A stretch of DNA of 64,000 nucleotides, from the NCBI GenBank assembly GCA_951406725.2, contig OX597818.1:111166001-111230000 (forward strand), read 5' to 3'. Of this stretch, positions 52,681 through 64,000 are shown piece after piece; position 1 is the first letter of the stretch, and every line of letters starts with the position of its first letter. A model generated the notes under the pieces. It was not told the DNA's origin, made no database searches, and saw only the letters and a program-made list of their open reading frames with translations. This DNA comes from Octopus vulgaris. Lineage: Eukaryota. Both the position numbers and the translations under genes were made by a program.

Positions 52681-53401
52681 AAATTAATATAAACAGTAGG
52701 TTGCAATGTTTTACCAAAAAGGAGAATTTTTAATTGTTACTAAATATGACTAGGGTGTTAAGAAACATCTACAATGCTAGAAATAAGAGCTAAAATGCTC
52801 CAATGCTGGAGTTAAAGAATATGTATGAAAACATATATACTCACAGGGACCATATCTATCCGAAAAATGCTCGTTATCATCATCATCATCATCCGCTTTC
52901 CATGCTAGCATGGGTTGGATGGTTTGACTGAGGACTGGTCCAAACCATGCTGGCATGGGTTGGATGGTTTGAATGGTGAGCCAGAGTGCTGCACCAGGCT
53001 CAATCTGATCTGGCAAAGTTTCTACAGATGGATGCCCTTCCTAATGCCAACCACTCTGAGAGTTTAGTGGCATGAAGGCCAGTCAGGCGGTTCTGGCAAC
53101 AACCACACTCAAAAGGTGTTTTTTACGTGTCACTGGCATGGGAGCCTATCCGTGGCCCTAACAACGATCGCGCTCGGATGTGCTTTTAACGTTCCACCGG
53201 CACTAGTGCCAATCAGGTGGTACTGTTATCAGCCATGTCAGTGATTTTGGTTTGTTTACACTTGCCTAAATAGGTCTTCACAGCAAAGTTCATTGTCCAG
53301 TGAATGAGAGGTAGTGTATATGTTTTCATTTGTGTGCGTTAACTGCAGCATCAGAGCATTTTAACTCTTATTTCTAGCAATGTGGGTGTTTCTTAAAAGT
53401 A

Positions 53402-53469
<68 letters not shown>

Positions 53470-53744
53470 GTGTATAGACCATAAAAAGTATGTGAGATGA
53501 ATATGTTTAAACACTTGGCATCCTTAGGCTTACATCTGTTTCACAGTGTTCTTCATGTAGTAATAATCTTATCATCAGCATTGTGAATTTTAATTATGTT
53601 TACATGCTTTAATATGCATGCTATGCATTATACAATATAACTGTATATTTATAAATCACTGTAAATATAGCTAGCTCATCAGATTATCAGAACATCATTG
53701 TTACACTAATTATTCAAGTTTTGATTTGTGAATATATGAATACC

Positions 53745-54447
53745 CCTGACATGTCGGGTGATATAATATGTTCGAGAAGACCTGTTGAGTCAAGTAAAAC
53801 CAATATCAAAGCTGTGGCCAGTGCACCCTGACTGGCTCTTGTACCGGTGGCACGTAAAAAGCATCATCCGAACGTGGTTGATGTCAGGTCTGCCTGACTG
53901 GCTCCCATGCTAGTGGTATGTAAAAAGCACTATCCGAATGTGATCGCTACCAGGACTGCCTGACTGGCCCCTATACCAGTGGCATGTAAAAAGCACCATC
54001 CGAACATGGTTGAAGACAGATCCACCTGACTGGCTCCTGTGCCGGTGGTATGTAAAAAGTACTATCTGAACATGGCCGATGCCAGTACCCCATGACTGGC
54101 TCCCGTGCCCGTGACATGTAAAATGCACCATGCGAACATGGTCGAAGACAGATCCGCCTGACTGGCTCCCATGCTGGTGGCATGTAAAAAGCACCATCTG
54201 AATGTGGCCGATGCCAGTACCCCCTGACTGGCTCCCGTGCTAGTACACCCTGTGCCAGTGGCATGTAAAAAGCACCCACTACACTCTCAGAGTGGTTGGC
54301 ATTAGGAAGGGTATCCAGCTGTAGAAACAGCTGTAGATCTGCCAGATCAGATTAGAGCTTGGTGCAGCTGCTGGCTCTCCAGATCCCAGTCAAACCATCC
54401 AACTCATGCCAGCTTGAAAAACAGATGTTAAACGATGATGATGATGA
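53745..54447 (+). repeat. RTE 3' UTR with ~7 tandem ~60-bp units (representative of >15 such tails in the window)
   Basis: Unit ctgactggctcc..gtgccggtggcatgtaaaaagcaccatccgaacatgg; same family at ~205-590, 1035-1290, 2575-2780, 8690-9405, 13005-13200, 14185-14470, 16530-16940, 19080-19358, 39715-40018, 51290-52175, 52876-53280, 58615-58945, 61720-62331. Confidence 0.85.
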
Positions 54448-55575
54448 ATTGTATTGTATAATGCATAGCAAGCATATTCATGCAAACATGTAAGCATAAT
54501 TTATTCCGCACTGAAATTATTATAACATGAAGGAGGCTTTGAAACAGCTGTAATCCTAAGGATATCTAGTAGTTAAATAAATATGTTTGTTTCCCATGTC
54601 TCCTGACATTTTATGGTTTATATACTTGTGGTGAAATCCTGAGAACCCTGTGGGATAGCAAATCAACTGTCCTAAACTATGTACAGGCGCATGTGCACTG
54701 TCAGTGAGGGATAGTGTGGTGCATGCATGTGCTTTGTGAAGACAGTTGTAGAAGTCGTTGATAAAAGATATTATTTGTTATGTGTTGTTTCTGATTTATA
54801 TTGGTATTGTTATAACCGGTGAGCTGGCAGAAATGTTAGCACGCCGGGCGAAATGTGTAGCCGTATTTCGTCTGCCGTTACATTCTGAGTTCAAATTCCG
54901 CCAAGGCCGACTTTGCCCTTCATCCTTTCGAGGTCGATTAAATAAGTACCAGTTATGCACTGGGGTTGATGTAATTGACTTAATCCGTGTGTCTGTCCTT
55001 TTTCGTCCCCTCTGTGTTTAGCCCCTTATGGGTAGTAAAGAAATAGGTATTGTTATAACCTTGTTCTCAGTCCACGTTATAAACTGGCTTATACAGTGTG
55101 TTCAAAGAAGGATATAACGGTGTTGACGAGACTCAACAATACTCCTCAGGAACTAATTTCATTGATCAGATCTTCTGGATTTTAGCTTCATGGACATTCT
55201 GTATTATACTTTTCTGTATTGGATTATTATGTAATTTGATGAAGGTGGTGAGCTGGCAGAATTGTTAGCACACTGGGTGAAATGTTTAGCGGTATTTCAT
55301 CTGCTGCTACATTCTGAGTTCAAATTCCGCCGAGGTCAACTTTGCCTTTCATCTGTACCGGGTTGATAAAATAAGTACCAGTTACACACTGGGGTAGAAG
55401 TAATAGACTATCCCCCCTAAATTTTCAGGCCTTGTGCCTACAGTAGAAAGGATTATCATGTGGTTTCTGTGATAGCCTCACAATTCTTTGAATCCATATC
55501 TTTTTCTACAAGGACAAGCATTCCCTTCAACTTTCATTCCAGGTTTCAAAAAATTATTATTAGTTCATCTGTCGT

Positions 55576-55736
55576 CACTAGCGTAGCTAGGGTGGTAGGG
55601 ATGGTCCATCCCAGGCGGCACTTTTAAAGGGGCACCACTTTTGGGACTGCTATAGGCAATATGTGTTTTTTGAGGAGTCCAAGAGTGGCAAATGAAAGGG
55701 CCACCCTGGGCAGCACACACTCTAGCTACGTTAGTG
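55576..55736. mobile_element. hAT-type MITE
   Basis: TIR cactagcgtagctag / ctagctacgttagtg; 8-bp TSD tctgtcgt. Confidence 0.82.
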
Positions 55737-55974
55737 TCTGTCGTTTCAATGATGACTAAGGATATCACATGGGCATGATATGTCTGGCTGTGGCCAATCA
55801 GTCTGTTGTGTGCTGGGAAAGGCTCTTCTGTAGGTTGGGCGCTAGTGGTGCTGGAACTGAAGGCAAGGGGTTGGCTATGGACTTACACAGTTGGTGTTTA
55901 TTTTTTGCACCTGCAACCCTGATCTGTTTGTAGGAAGTAGCACCTCTGTTGATGCAGCTTTGTTAGGCAGTCTG

Positions 55975-57245
55975 CTACACCAGTCATTGGATATGACTTC
56001 TTCGTGAACAATCTGATTAACTAGACAGGTGATTAGACCATACCCCACTCTACCAGATATTTTTAGCATCTCAGCAGTGACTCCTGATGGGCCGGGGGCT
56101 TTCCCTGTCTTCATATCCTTGATTGTTTAATCTACCAAGCTACTATCAATTTGGATAGCTGCCCCCTCTGTTGGTCCACACTAGGCAGCCTCTCCTTCTC
56201 CCATGCATTCTCTACATTTAGCAACCTTTCATAGTGGCACTTCCAAATCTCCTTCTTTGCAGACTCACTAACTGCAAGCGAGGCATAATCCATGTCAACA
56301 CACTTCTCTCCTACCATGTCACGATTTTCTCTGATATGCTGTCTCGTGATCTGAAACACTTCAAGCCTCTGCTCCTCATGCCACAGAACAATGACAAACT
56401 TCCTCCTTTCTGCCTCTCCCTTGGCTAAGTGTACTTGTTGGCAAGTACCTTCCCTAACCCTAACCTGATACAGTTCTCTGCCACCTCCATTCTTCCAGTG
56501 CTTCCAGGCCTGTTTCTTCGCTCTCATGGTTTTGTCTACAACATCATCCTACCAGCATGTCACCCTAGATCTGGCTGGGACTTCGAACCAGTAGCACTTA
56601 GCAAGCTTTCTCGTAGGAACTCCCAGTTGCCCTCTATGTTACAAGTCTGTAGTTCTTCCTCTTCCTTGTTAAATTTCTTAGAATGTCCCCAAATCTCTGA
56701 TCATTTAAAGGATCCCTAAGCTTCCAAATCGTTTTTCAGACTAGTCATCTCCTTGGAATCCTTCTGGCCTGAAATTTAAAGTCGCTGATGACTTATCTAT
56801 GCTGGGGGGTACAGTCTTCATCAGGGGAGGTCTTTGTATTTATGAACAACCATGAATCTCGATTTTTGGTGAGATAATAGTCAATCTGACTTGTGTGGTT
56901 GCTGGATTTATAGGTGATCAGGTGACTGGATGGCTTTCTGAAGTTGGTATTGCAGATCATTTGGTCATTTGCATCACAGAACTCCAGCAGCCTTGTTTCC
57001 TCCTTGTTTTGGGAACCAATTCTATGGCCCCCATGTGTATCATGGAAGATACCTGGGTGTCACCCAATATGTACATTGAAATCACCAGTCACAAAGATGA
57101 AGTCATTGTCATTTGTCTTGGAGGTAGCCTGCAGAGGAATATCATAAAAGTGGTCCTTTTGTTCATTTGAGGGCCATAGGCAGAGATAATTGTTGCTGTA
57201 TTGCTCTGCAAAACTAACCCAAGCTTAAGGACTCTATATCTTCTG
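55975..57245 (-). mobile_element. Degenerate RTE LINE (APE endonuclease to start of RT)
   Basis: IISAYGPQ, GDFN-like, DYYLT, MRAKKQAWKHWK, MKTGKAPGPSGVTAEMLK in broken frames. Confidence 0.8.
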
Positions 57246-58158
57246 TTAATATCACTGTTTCTCTGAAAATTTGCAGTTGTTCTCAGGATCTTGTAGGTTT
57301 TAATGTCTAGGGAGCAGATTTTGGGATCAGTATTGCACTGCAAATGCATTGTGGGATATTGTGTTTTTGTAAGAGGAAAGCACTGACTGACGTTTTGCTT
57401 AGTCAGTTATAATTTTCTTTGTTTACAGCCCCTTTTTAAATAAATTTTCATCAATACCTAGGTTTTGTACCACTTATTACGACAGAGACCATTGATGCAA
57501 AGATTTTGGGTCTGAAGAACAGTTTTTCCATATTCAGTTGTTAACAGCAAAACATATTTTGATTAAATCCAGTTGTTTTTAGAATTCTAAATATTTCAAG
57601 CATAGATCTTTAGAAAATCCACAGAGAAAATATAGGTAATATAAGTGTGCACTGCTGTTGCAGACTCTATGACAAACCCAATGGATTTGGGGCCAAAATA
57701 AACAGAAGTACAGGTAGCATTTCACCTTGGTATATTCCCATTGAAATATTGATAACACTGGAGATAGTCATTCCATTTTCAATTAAAAGAGCCACTTCTT
57801 AGCTTTTCAATATCTGAGGTAGCAAGCACATCTGCCTTGTGTATTGACTTTGATAGCCATGATTGGGAAATGGAATCTAATGCCATTCTGTCATTAACCC
57901 TTTAGGATTCACATTATTCTGTCAAATGTATTGCTTATTTATTCACATTGTTTTGAATTCATATTTGAGTTCAAATTCCGCCGAGGTCGACTTTGCCTTT
58001 CATCCTTTCGGTGTCGATTAAATAAGTACCAGTTATGCACTGGGATCAATGTAATCGACTAAATCCTTTTGTCTGCCCTTGTTTGTCCCCTCTATCTTTA
58101 GCCCCTTGTGGGCAATAAAAAAAGACAAATAATTATTATCACTTTCCTGTCATTGCAG

Positions 58159-58301
58159 CTTGCCATGGAGAGTTTTTACAAAGATGACCAAGAACCTGAT
58201 ATGTACGATATGTTTCCATCTGCACCTATACCTGAAGCTGCGAAACCACCTTCTGGACCGTCATTTGATCCTACTCCAGTGACCCAAGAAGGAAACCCTC
58301 G
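58159..58301 (+). CDS. NSFL1C: NSFL1C/p47 coding exon 2 (end of UBA plus linker)
   Basis: ttgcag acceptor; LAMESFYKDDQEPDMYDMFPSAPIPEAAKPPSGPSFDPTPVTQEGNP+CG; gttagt donor; phase 0 to 2; LAxxSFY completes the p47 UBA helix 3. Confidence 0.88.
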
Positions 58302-58579
58302 GTTAGTTTGTTAGTGTTTACTCTCCTTTATATAAACAGACAACAATGCAAAATAGCTTTGTCTAACTCTTTAGCATTTAAACCACCCTCATCTGGTCCA
58401 AATATTATCGCTGTTTTATGTTCACCCCAGCCAGATCTGGCTTCCCATACCTACCCTACACTGTCATTCTACAGAGTGTACTGGGTGCACCAACATGATC
58501 TAATTTAAAATCCTCCCTCAAAATTTCATGTTGTCTATGTTCCAAATGGCAGCTTAATAATAATAATAATAATAATCGA

Positions 58580-58613
<34 letters not shown>

Positions 58614-59061
58614 AATAATCATCGTTTAACGTCTGCTTTCCATGCTAGCATGGGTTGGATGATTTGACTGAGGTCTGGCGAACCAGACAGCCGCACCAGA
58701 CTCCAATCTGATCTGACAGTGTTTCTACAGCTGGATGCCCTTCCTAATGCCAACCACTCCAAGAGTGTAGTGGGTGCTTTTATGTGCCAATGGCATGTGG
58801 GCCAGTCAGGTGGTACTGGCTGTGGCCATGCTCAAATAGTGATTTTTATGTGCCACCTGCACAGGAGCCAGTCCAGCGGCACTGGCAACAACCTCGCTTG
58901 AATATGTTTTTCACGTACCACCAGCACAAGAGCTAGTAAGACGACATTTTACTAAATTCTTTATTATTTTGAAAATCAATTGAAACAGTGGCAGTATATT
59001 TCAAAAGAAATTTGTTAACAAAAGAGTTAAATGAAAACTTAAGGACACAGAATGCTTGTGT

Positions 59062-59382
59062 TATATAGCCAACTGGAAACGGTGTTTCCTGGGGCTAAAC
59101 AGCAGTAGTATTTTTCCCTTTCCTGGGACTGCCACATTAAGTTGGCAACAAACCATCACTTTATCATGCTACTACTATATAAGTCTCTCTGAGAGATTTA
59201 GAAATGCAATATTTCTAACTTTATAGATCAGTGAATTTATTTCACTTGAAATTCTGTTTTCAAAGGCGAATAAACATTGACAGCTAGCAAGCCAAGCTAC
59301 TCCAGACTGATGAAGAGCAATGACTCTGAAACTAGTCTCTTGCTGCTGGCTTTGCTGGGTGAAGGTGCTTATCTCTCCTGTT
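59062..59382 (+). mobile_element. 321-bp hammerhead-carrying non-coding insert (retrozyme-like or Penelope pLTR-like)
   Basis: Flanked by an exact 30-bp direct repeat tgaaaacttaaggacacagaatgcttgtgt (59032-59061, 59383-59412); related fragment at about 29920-30000. Confidence 0.65.
59304..59340 (+). ncRNA. Minimal type I hammerhead ribozyme (canonical core)
   Basis: AGA-CTGATGA-AGAG(caatga)CTCT-GAAA-C(ta)G-TC^-TCT: complete core, 4-bp stem II, palindromic ACTAGT stem III, GUC cleavage triplet after 59337. Confidence 0.8.
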
Positions 59383-60477
59383 TGAAAACTTAAGGACACA
59401 GAATGCTTGTGTCACACAATTCCTCATCTCTTAAATATAGAACAACCACAGAGAGGTTTCCTGCAATTGTTTTACAAGGATACACTCTTATTGATGTATA
59501 TACAAGTAGTGTATGTTGTATAACCCTTAGGTCAAATGTGATTGAGCAGGACTGTGATCAAACATCATTCACAATAAAATGATACATGTATATACCTATG
59601 TGTCTGTGTTTGTCCCTCATTACCACTTGACAACCAGTGTTGGTTTGTTTATGTCCCCATAACTTAGTGGTTCGGCAAATAAGTACCAAGCTGTAACAAC
59701 AAAGAAAAGAAATAGGCAGTAGGGTCAGTTTGTTTGACTAAACCGTTCAAGGCAGTGCCCCATCGTGGCTGCAGTCCAATGACTGAAGCAAGTAAAGAAA
59801 TTATTTCATTATGTATGCAAAAAAGAGTTTTTTTTCTAAATGTATATCGTGTTATATATGAATGCTTATCAATACCAAAGAACACTCTTCAACCCTTTCG
59901 ATACCAACCCAGCCGAAACTGCCTCTGGCTCTAGTACAAATGTCTTGTTTCCATAAGATTTCAATTAAAATCTTCCACCAAACCTTAGTCACAATGTATG
60001 TTCCTAACACCAGCTTAATGATAACTAAGTTATTTTACTAAATTCTTTGTAATAGGAATTATAACCATGTTTCGTGGTCTGCTACCACAACAGCTCCTTT
60101 ATAGGATCCAGTTAGCTCAAGACATCATCAGGAGGAACCACGTCCGGTTTCGGCCCCTACTCCTCTACCATTTTGACGTGGCGGGGCCCCCCCTTTCGGA
60201 GGTGTCTTCAGCTCTGGTGTTGGGTGCATGTCTTCTTTCTTCTTCTTCCTTCTGTTCCCTGGCCTCTTCGATGTATCGTCAGCGAGTGTCAGCTGGTGAC
60301 TGACTGACTTGTCAAATTTTTCCTTTTAAAATTTATTGAAAGACACACAGAGCATCTCAAAATAAATATGGTAATAAAGGGGTTAAGAAAACTAGTATAA
60401 GGCAGTTGTGTTTGTAGTGATGAGCTTTATTATATTATAAATTATGTATTAACATAGTATGATCTTTCTTTTGGCAG

Positions 60478-60567
60478 ATTTGCCTCCATTGCTGATATGA
60501 GACAAGGAGAAACTGCAGATAGTGATGAGGAAGGACAAGCCTTCTATGCCGGTGGATCTGAACACAG
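60478..60567 (+). CDS. NSFL1C: NSFL1C/p47 coding exon 3
   Basis: ttggcag acceptor, phase 2 to 2; (R)FASIADMRQGETADSDEEGQAFYAGGSEH contains the diagnostic p47 motif EEGQxFYAGGSE. Confidence 0.92.
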
Positions 60568-60664
60568 GTATTTTAACAGTAATTCTGTTAGTATGCAAAT
60601 GTAATGAGTATTTCCATTCAAATCTTCTCCTAAACACTTCAGTCAGTTTTTCTAGAGATCTGTG

Positions 60665-60764
60665 NNNNNNNNNNNNNNNNNNNNNNNNNNNNNNNNNNNN
60701 NNNNNNNNNNNNNNNNNNNNNNNNNNNNNNNNNNNNNNNNNNNNNNNNNNNNNNNNNNNNNNNN
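60665..60764. other. Assembly gap (100 N)
   Basis: Run of exactly 100 N, a placeholder length. Confidence 0.99.
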
Positions 60765-61077
60765 CTGTTACGTTTTTGGTCCCCTAAAGAAAACAGATAG
60801 AACATGCTTTCTATGTTATGTCCCAAGAAGATTTTATATATTTTTATATATTTTTTATGTATTTTTATATAATTTTTATGACGAAAAATGCAAGCGATGT
60901 ATAAGTACGCAGGCAAGCAGAGTTATAACACAGTAATTTCCCTTTATTTAACGGTATTTTTTCATAGCGTTTTCAAATAGCCAGATAACCGAAGAGATGG
61001 TGTTGTGGATTTCCACTTCGGCATCTGAAACTCAGAGTTTTATCTTGACTACCGAGTAAAGTAACATATTATTGTAT

Positions 61078-61132
<55 letters not shown>

Positions 61133-62565
61133 TATGGGATCGTCAATATAGAGAAGATTTCTTTGTGTTGCTTTGTCCATGATATAAGCTCACTAGTGCT
61201 ATTACCACCATAGATCCACTTCACTCTAATGGAGTCAGCTTCTGAGTGGGATGTGTGCAGGGTGGAGCAGATGTTTTGTCTTGTCTTGTTGAGGGCATGG
61301 TAACTTCTTTTGTGCTTTTGCTTTGCTAAGATGTACCTAATACACTTTCTAAAGTGGTTGGTTATATGAAGGGCATCAAGCCATAGTGATCACAGATTAA
61401 GATGAAACCAAGAAGCATGATCCTCTGAGCCATCTAGGAGGGACCATGACGAATCACCTAACGCATGCCACCATGAAAAACAGACATCAAATGATGATGA
61501 TGAAACAAAAGAACTGGCACTCCATCAGTTACAATGATAAAGGTTCCACTTGATCTGATCAGTTGAATGGCCTGCTCATGAAGTTAATGTGCAAGTGGGC
61601 TGAGCACTCCACAGATCCACATACCTTTAATGTAGATTTTAGTGAGATTGTGTGATACAGAATGTGACAAGGCTGCCCCTTTGAAATACATGTACTACTC
61701 GTTTTTGCTTCTGAGGCATTGACAAAAGGCCGAGACCTCTGGAGGTATGCTGTGACTGAGAAGACCAGGCAAATAAAGTGAGATCACAGCTGTAGCCTAC
61801 ACCAGTATTGCATAACCAGCCCACTCAAAAAGTACTTTGGATCGTAGGGCAACATGCTGTGCTTGAGGAGACCTGTTGAGTCAAGTACATCAAAATCAAA
61901 TCAAACCACAATCAAATGGAAATTGTAGTTGTGGCTGATGCCGCCTGTCTGGTTCCCCATGCCGGTGGTACGTAAAAAGCATCATCCAAATGTGGTCGAT
62001 GCCAGCCCCCTCACCCCTGACTGGCTCCTGTGCCAATGGCATGTAAAAAGCGCCATCTGAACTGGCTTCCGTGCCCATGCATGTAAAAGCACCATCCAGA
62101 TGTGGTCTACACCAGACCCCTCTGGGCCCTCTGTCCCCTGTGCCAGTGACACATAAAAAGCACCCACTACACTCTCACAGTGGTTGGCATTAGGAAGGAC
62201 ATCCAGCTGTAGAAACACTGCCAGATCAGATTGGAGTCTGGTGCAACCTCCTGGCTTCCCAGATCCCCAGTCGAACTGTGCAACCAATGCCAGCATGGAA
62301 AGCGGACATTAATCGATGATGATGATGATGAATGGACTGTAGGAATGTAAAATAAAATGTCTTGCTCAAGGTCACACTGCACTATCAGGAATTGAACTCA
62401 CAACCTTACAATCATGAACCTAATACCGTTATCACTAAGCCACATGGTTTCACAGTGATGATATATGATTAAGTGTTTGTATGTACGTACATATTTTATT
62501 TGTGACATGGTATTTTAAGAAAACCCTTTATCATCATTGGAACTTTTCATTATGATTTGGAATAG

Positions 62566-62666
62566 GTTTTGAACATGTGGAAGAATGGCTTCAATGTTGA
62601 TAATGGACCATTAAGGGAATACACTGATGAAAGGAATAGAGAGTTTCTGGAATCCATCACCCGAAG
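62566..62666 (+). CDS. NSFL1C: NSFL1C/p47 SEP-domain exon
   Basis: aatag acceptor; [33 protein letters not shown]+AG; gtaaat donor; SEP signature WxNGFxVDxGPLRxY...FLESI. Confidence 0.92.
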
Positions 62667-63420
62667 GTAAATCTTTCTCTTTCATTTTTTGCTTCATCTG
62701 CAACCCTAACCCTAATAGTACTCTGTGTCTGAAAAGTTCAGAATAGCAAACATTACTTGGAATATTCATGGATTTTGTTGTGTATACTTTGTTTTGAATC
62801 ATCTGTGGAATCCTTAATCATCTGCTGGTCTGATACATTTGTGGATTTATATAAGAAGTTGAAGAATGTATAAAGTATGACTTTGTTATTTGTTACAATT
62901 GTTTCTGGACCTCTCTGTTTCTGATCACAATTGCATGTAAATGATTCTTTGTGAAAATTATGCTTTGGCACAGGCATGGTTGTATGGTAAGCTGTTTGCT
63001 TCCCAACCACATGGTTCTGGGTTCAGTCTCATTTCATGGCACTGAGGGCAAATATCACTTACTATAGCCTTTGGCTGACCAAAGCCTTGTGAATGGATTC
63101 TAGCTTCACTTCTTTCAAGTGTTGATGAATATTCTTTTTAACAAATCGTTCTCTTTATTTCTCTTCATCATCATTTAATGTCCACTTCTTCCTGGAGATA
63201 ATCATTCTGCAATACGTCTACTCACCAAGGGGAGATAATCATTCTGCAATATATATCTACTTACCAAGGGGAGATAATCATTCTGCAAGGTGTTCTCAGA
63301 GTTAACCTAACTGTCAAATTTTTAATCTTTTTCTCTCCATTTGCATTGATGGTTTCATTATAATTTGTATCAGTTATCTATTTCTGTTTTATTATAGCTA
63401 GATTCCATTTCTATTTCCAG

Positions 63421-63558
63421 AGAAATTCCACAAGAACTCAGCAGAGAAGCTAAAGGAGGTAAAATTAATTTAAACATCAATGATTATCACACTAAGGATT
63501 ACGTTCCACCAAAGGAAACAGTTGCTGCTTTCTCAGGCAAAGGACATATGCTTGGAAG
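63421..63558 (+). CDS. NSFL1C: NSFL1C/p47 second SEP exon plus SHP box
   Basis: ttccag acceptor, phase 2 to 2; (R)EIPQELSREAKGGKINLNINDYHTKDYVPPKETVAAFSGKGHMLG; FSGKGHMLG is an SHP-box (FxGxGxxLG) p97-binding motif; the gene continues past the window end. Confidence 0.92.
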
Positions 63559-64000
63559 GTGAAGTTTACATATTATTATTATTACTATTATTATTATTAT
63601 TAAGGCGGTTAGCACACTGGGTGAAATGCTTAGCAGTATTTCATCTGTCTTTATGTTCTGAGTTCAAATTCCACTGCAGTTGACTTTGCCTTTTATCCTT
63701 TCGGGGGTCAATAAATTAAGTACCAGTTGCGTACTGGGGTCGAGGTAATCGACTGGCTTCCTCCCCATAAATTTCAGGCCTTGTACTTAGAGTAGAAAAG
63801 GATATAATTATATTAGAAGGCAGCGAGCTGGCAGAAATGTTAGTCAGGTGAAATACTTAGCTGTATTTCATCTGTTTTTATGTTCTGAGTTCAAATTCCA
63901 CCGAGGTCGACTTTGCCTTTCATCCTTTCGGGATAAATATATTAAGTACTAGTTGTGTACTGGGGTTGATCTAATTGGCTGTCCCCCTCCCCTAAAATTT

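Noticed and set aside
53820-54280. CRISPR-like repeat-spacer appearance of the ~60-bp arrays (also 9010-9245, 15570-15847, 40950-41235, 12395-12712)
   Set aside because: The apparent spacers are homologous to one another, the arrays are the 3' UTR of an RTE LINE (collinear at 40781-41962), there are no cas genes, and the context is eukaryotic
54815-54905. tRNA-like A/B-box sequences
   Set aside because: These are heads of multi-copy SINEs; no complete cloverleaf could be built
60449-60916. ORFs spanning a poly-X stretch
   Set aside because: Artefact of the 100-N gap; antisense to or out of frame with NSFL1C exon 3
63194-63288. ~38-bp unit repeated 2.5 times in an NSFL1C intron
   Set aside because: Ordinary short local tandem duplication with no further structure

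Overview
AT-rich, repeat-dense animal genomic DNA. The SINE and RTE repeat repertoire suggests an octopus or other coleoid cephalopod, which is an inference. I reconstructed two intron-rich genes by hand, arranged head-to-head. (1) Plus strand: NSFL1C/p47, the p97/VCP cofactor, with five visible coding exons from 46530 covering the UBA domain, the FYAGGSE motif and the SEP domain. One or more exons are probably lost in the 100-N gap, and the UBX exons lie beyond the window. (2) Minus strand: an unannotated-looking gene with six phase-consistent exons (19885 to 1371). It encodes at least three tandem p47-type UBA-like domains, each interrupted by the same phase-0 intron as NSFL1C exon 1, so it appears to be an inverted paralog of its neighbour with a multiplied UBA module. 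The rest of the window is mobile DNA: a near-intact CR1 LINE ORF2, RTE fragments and tails, an R4/Dong-like element sitting inside a (TATG)n microsatellite, CRE-like and Penelope-like fragments, Helitron tandem copies, hAT/MULE/piggyBac MITEs, a solo LTR and many tRNA-derived SINEs. Two structurally complete minimal hammerhead ribozymes lie in the sense orientation in introns: a canonical one in a 321-bp retrozyme-like insert, and a G3-C8 core variant inside a long hairpin insertion. Most ORFs in the supplied track are spurious products of repeats.
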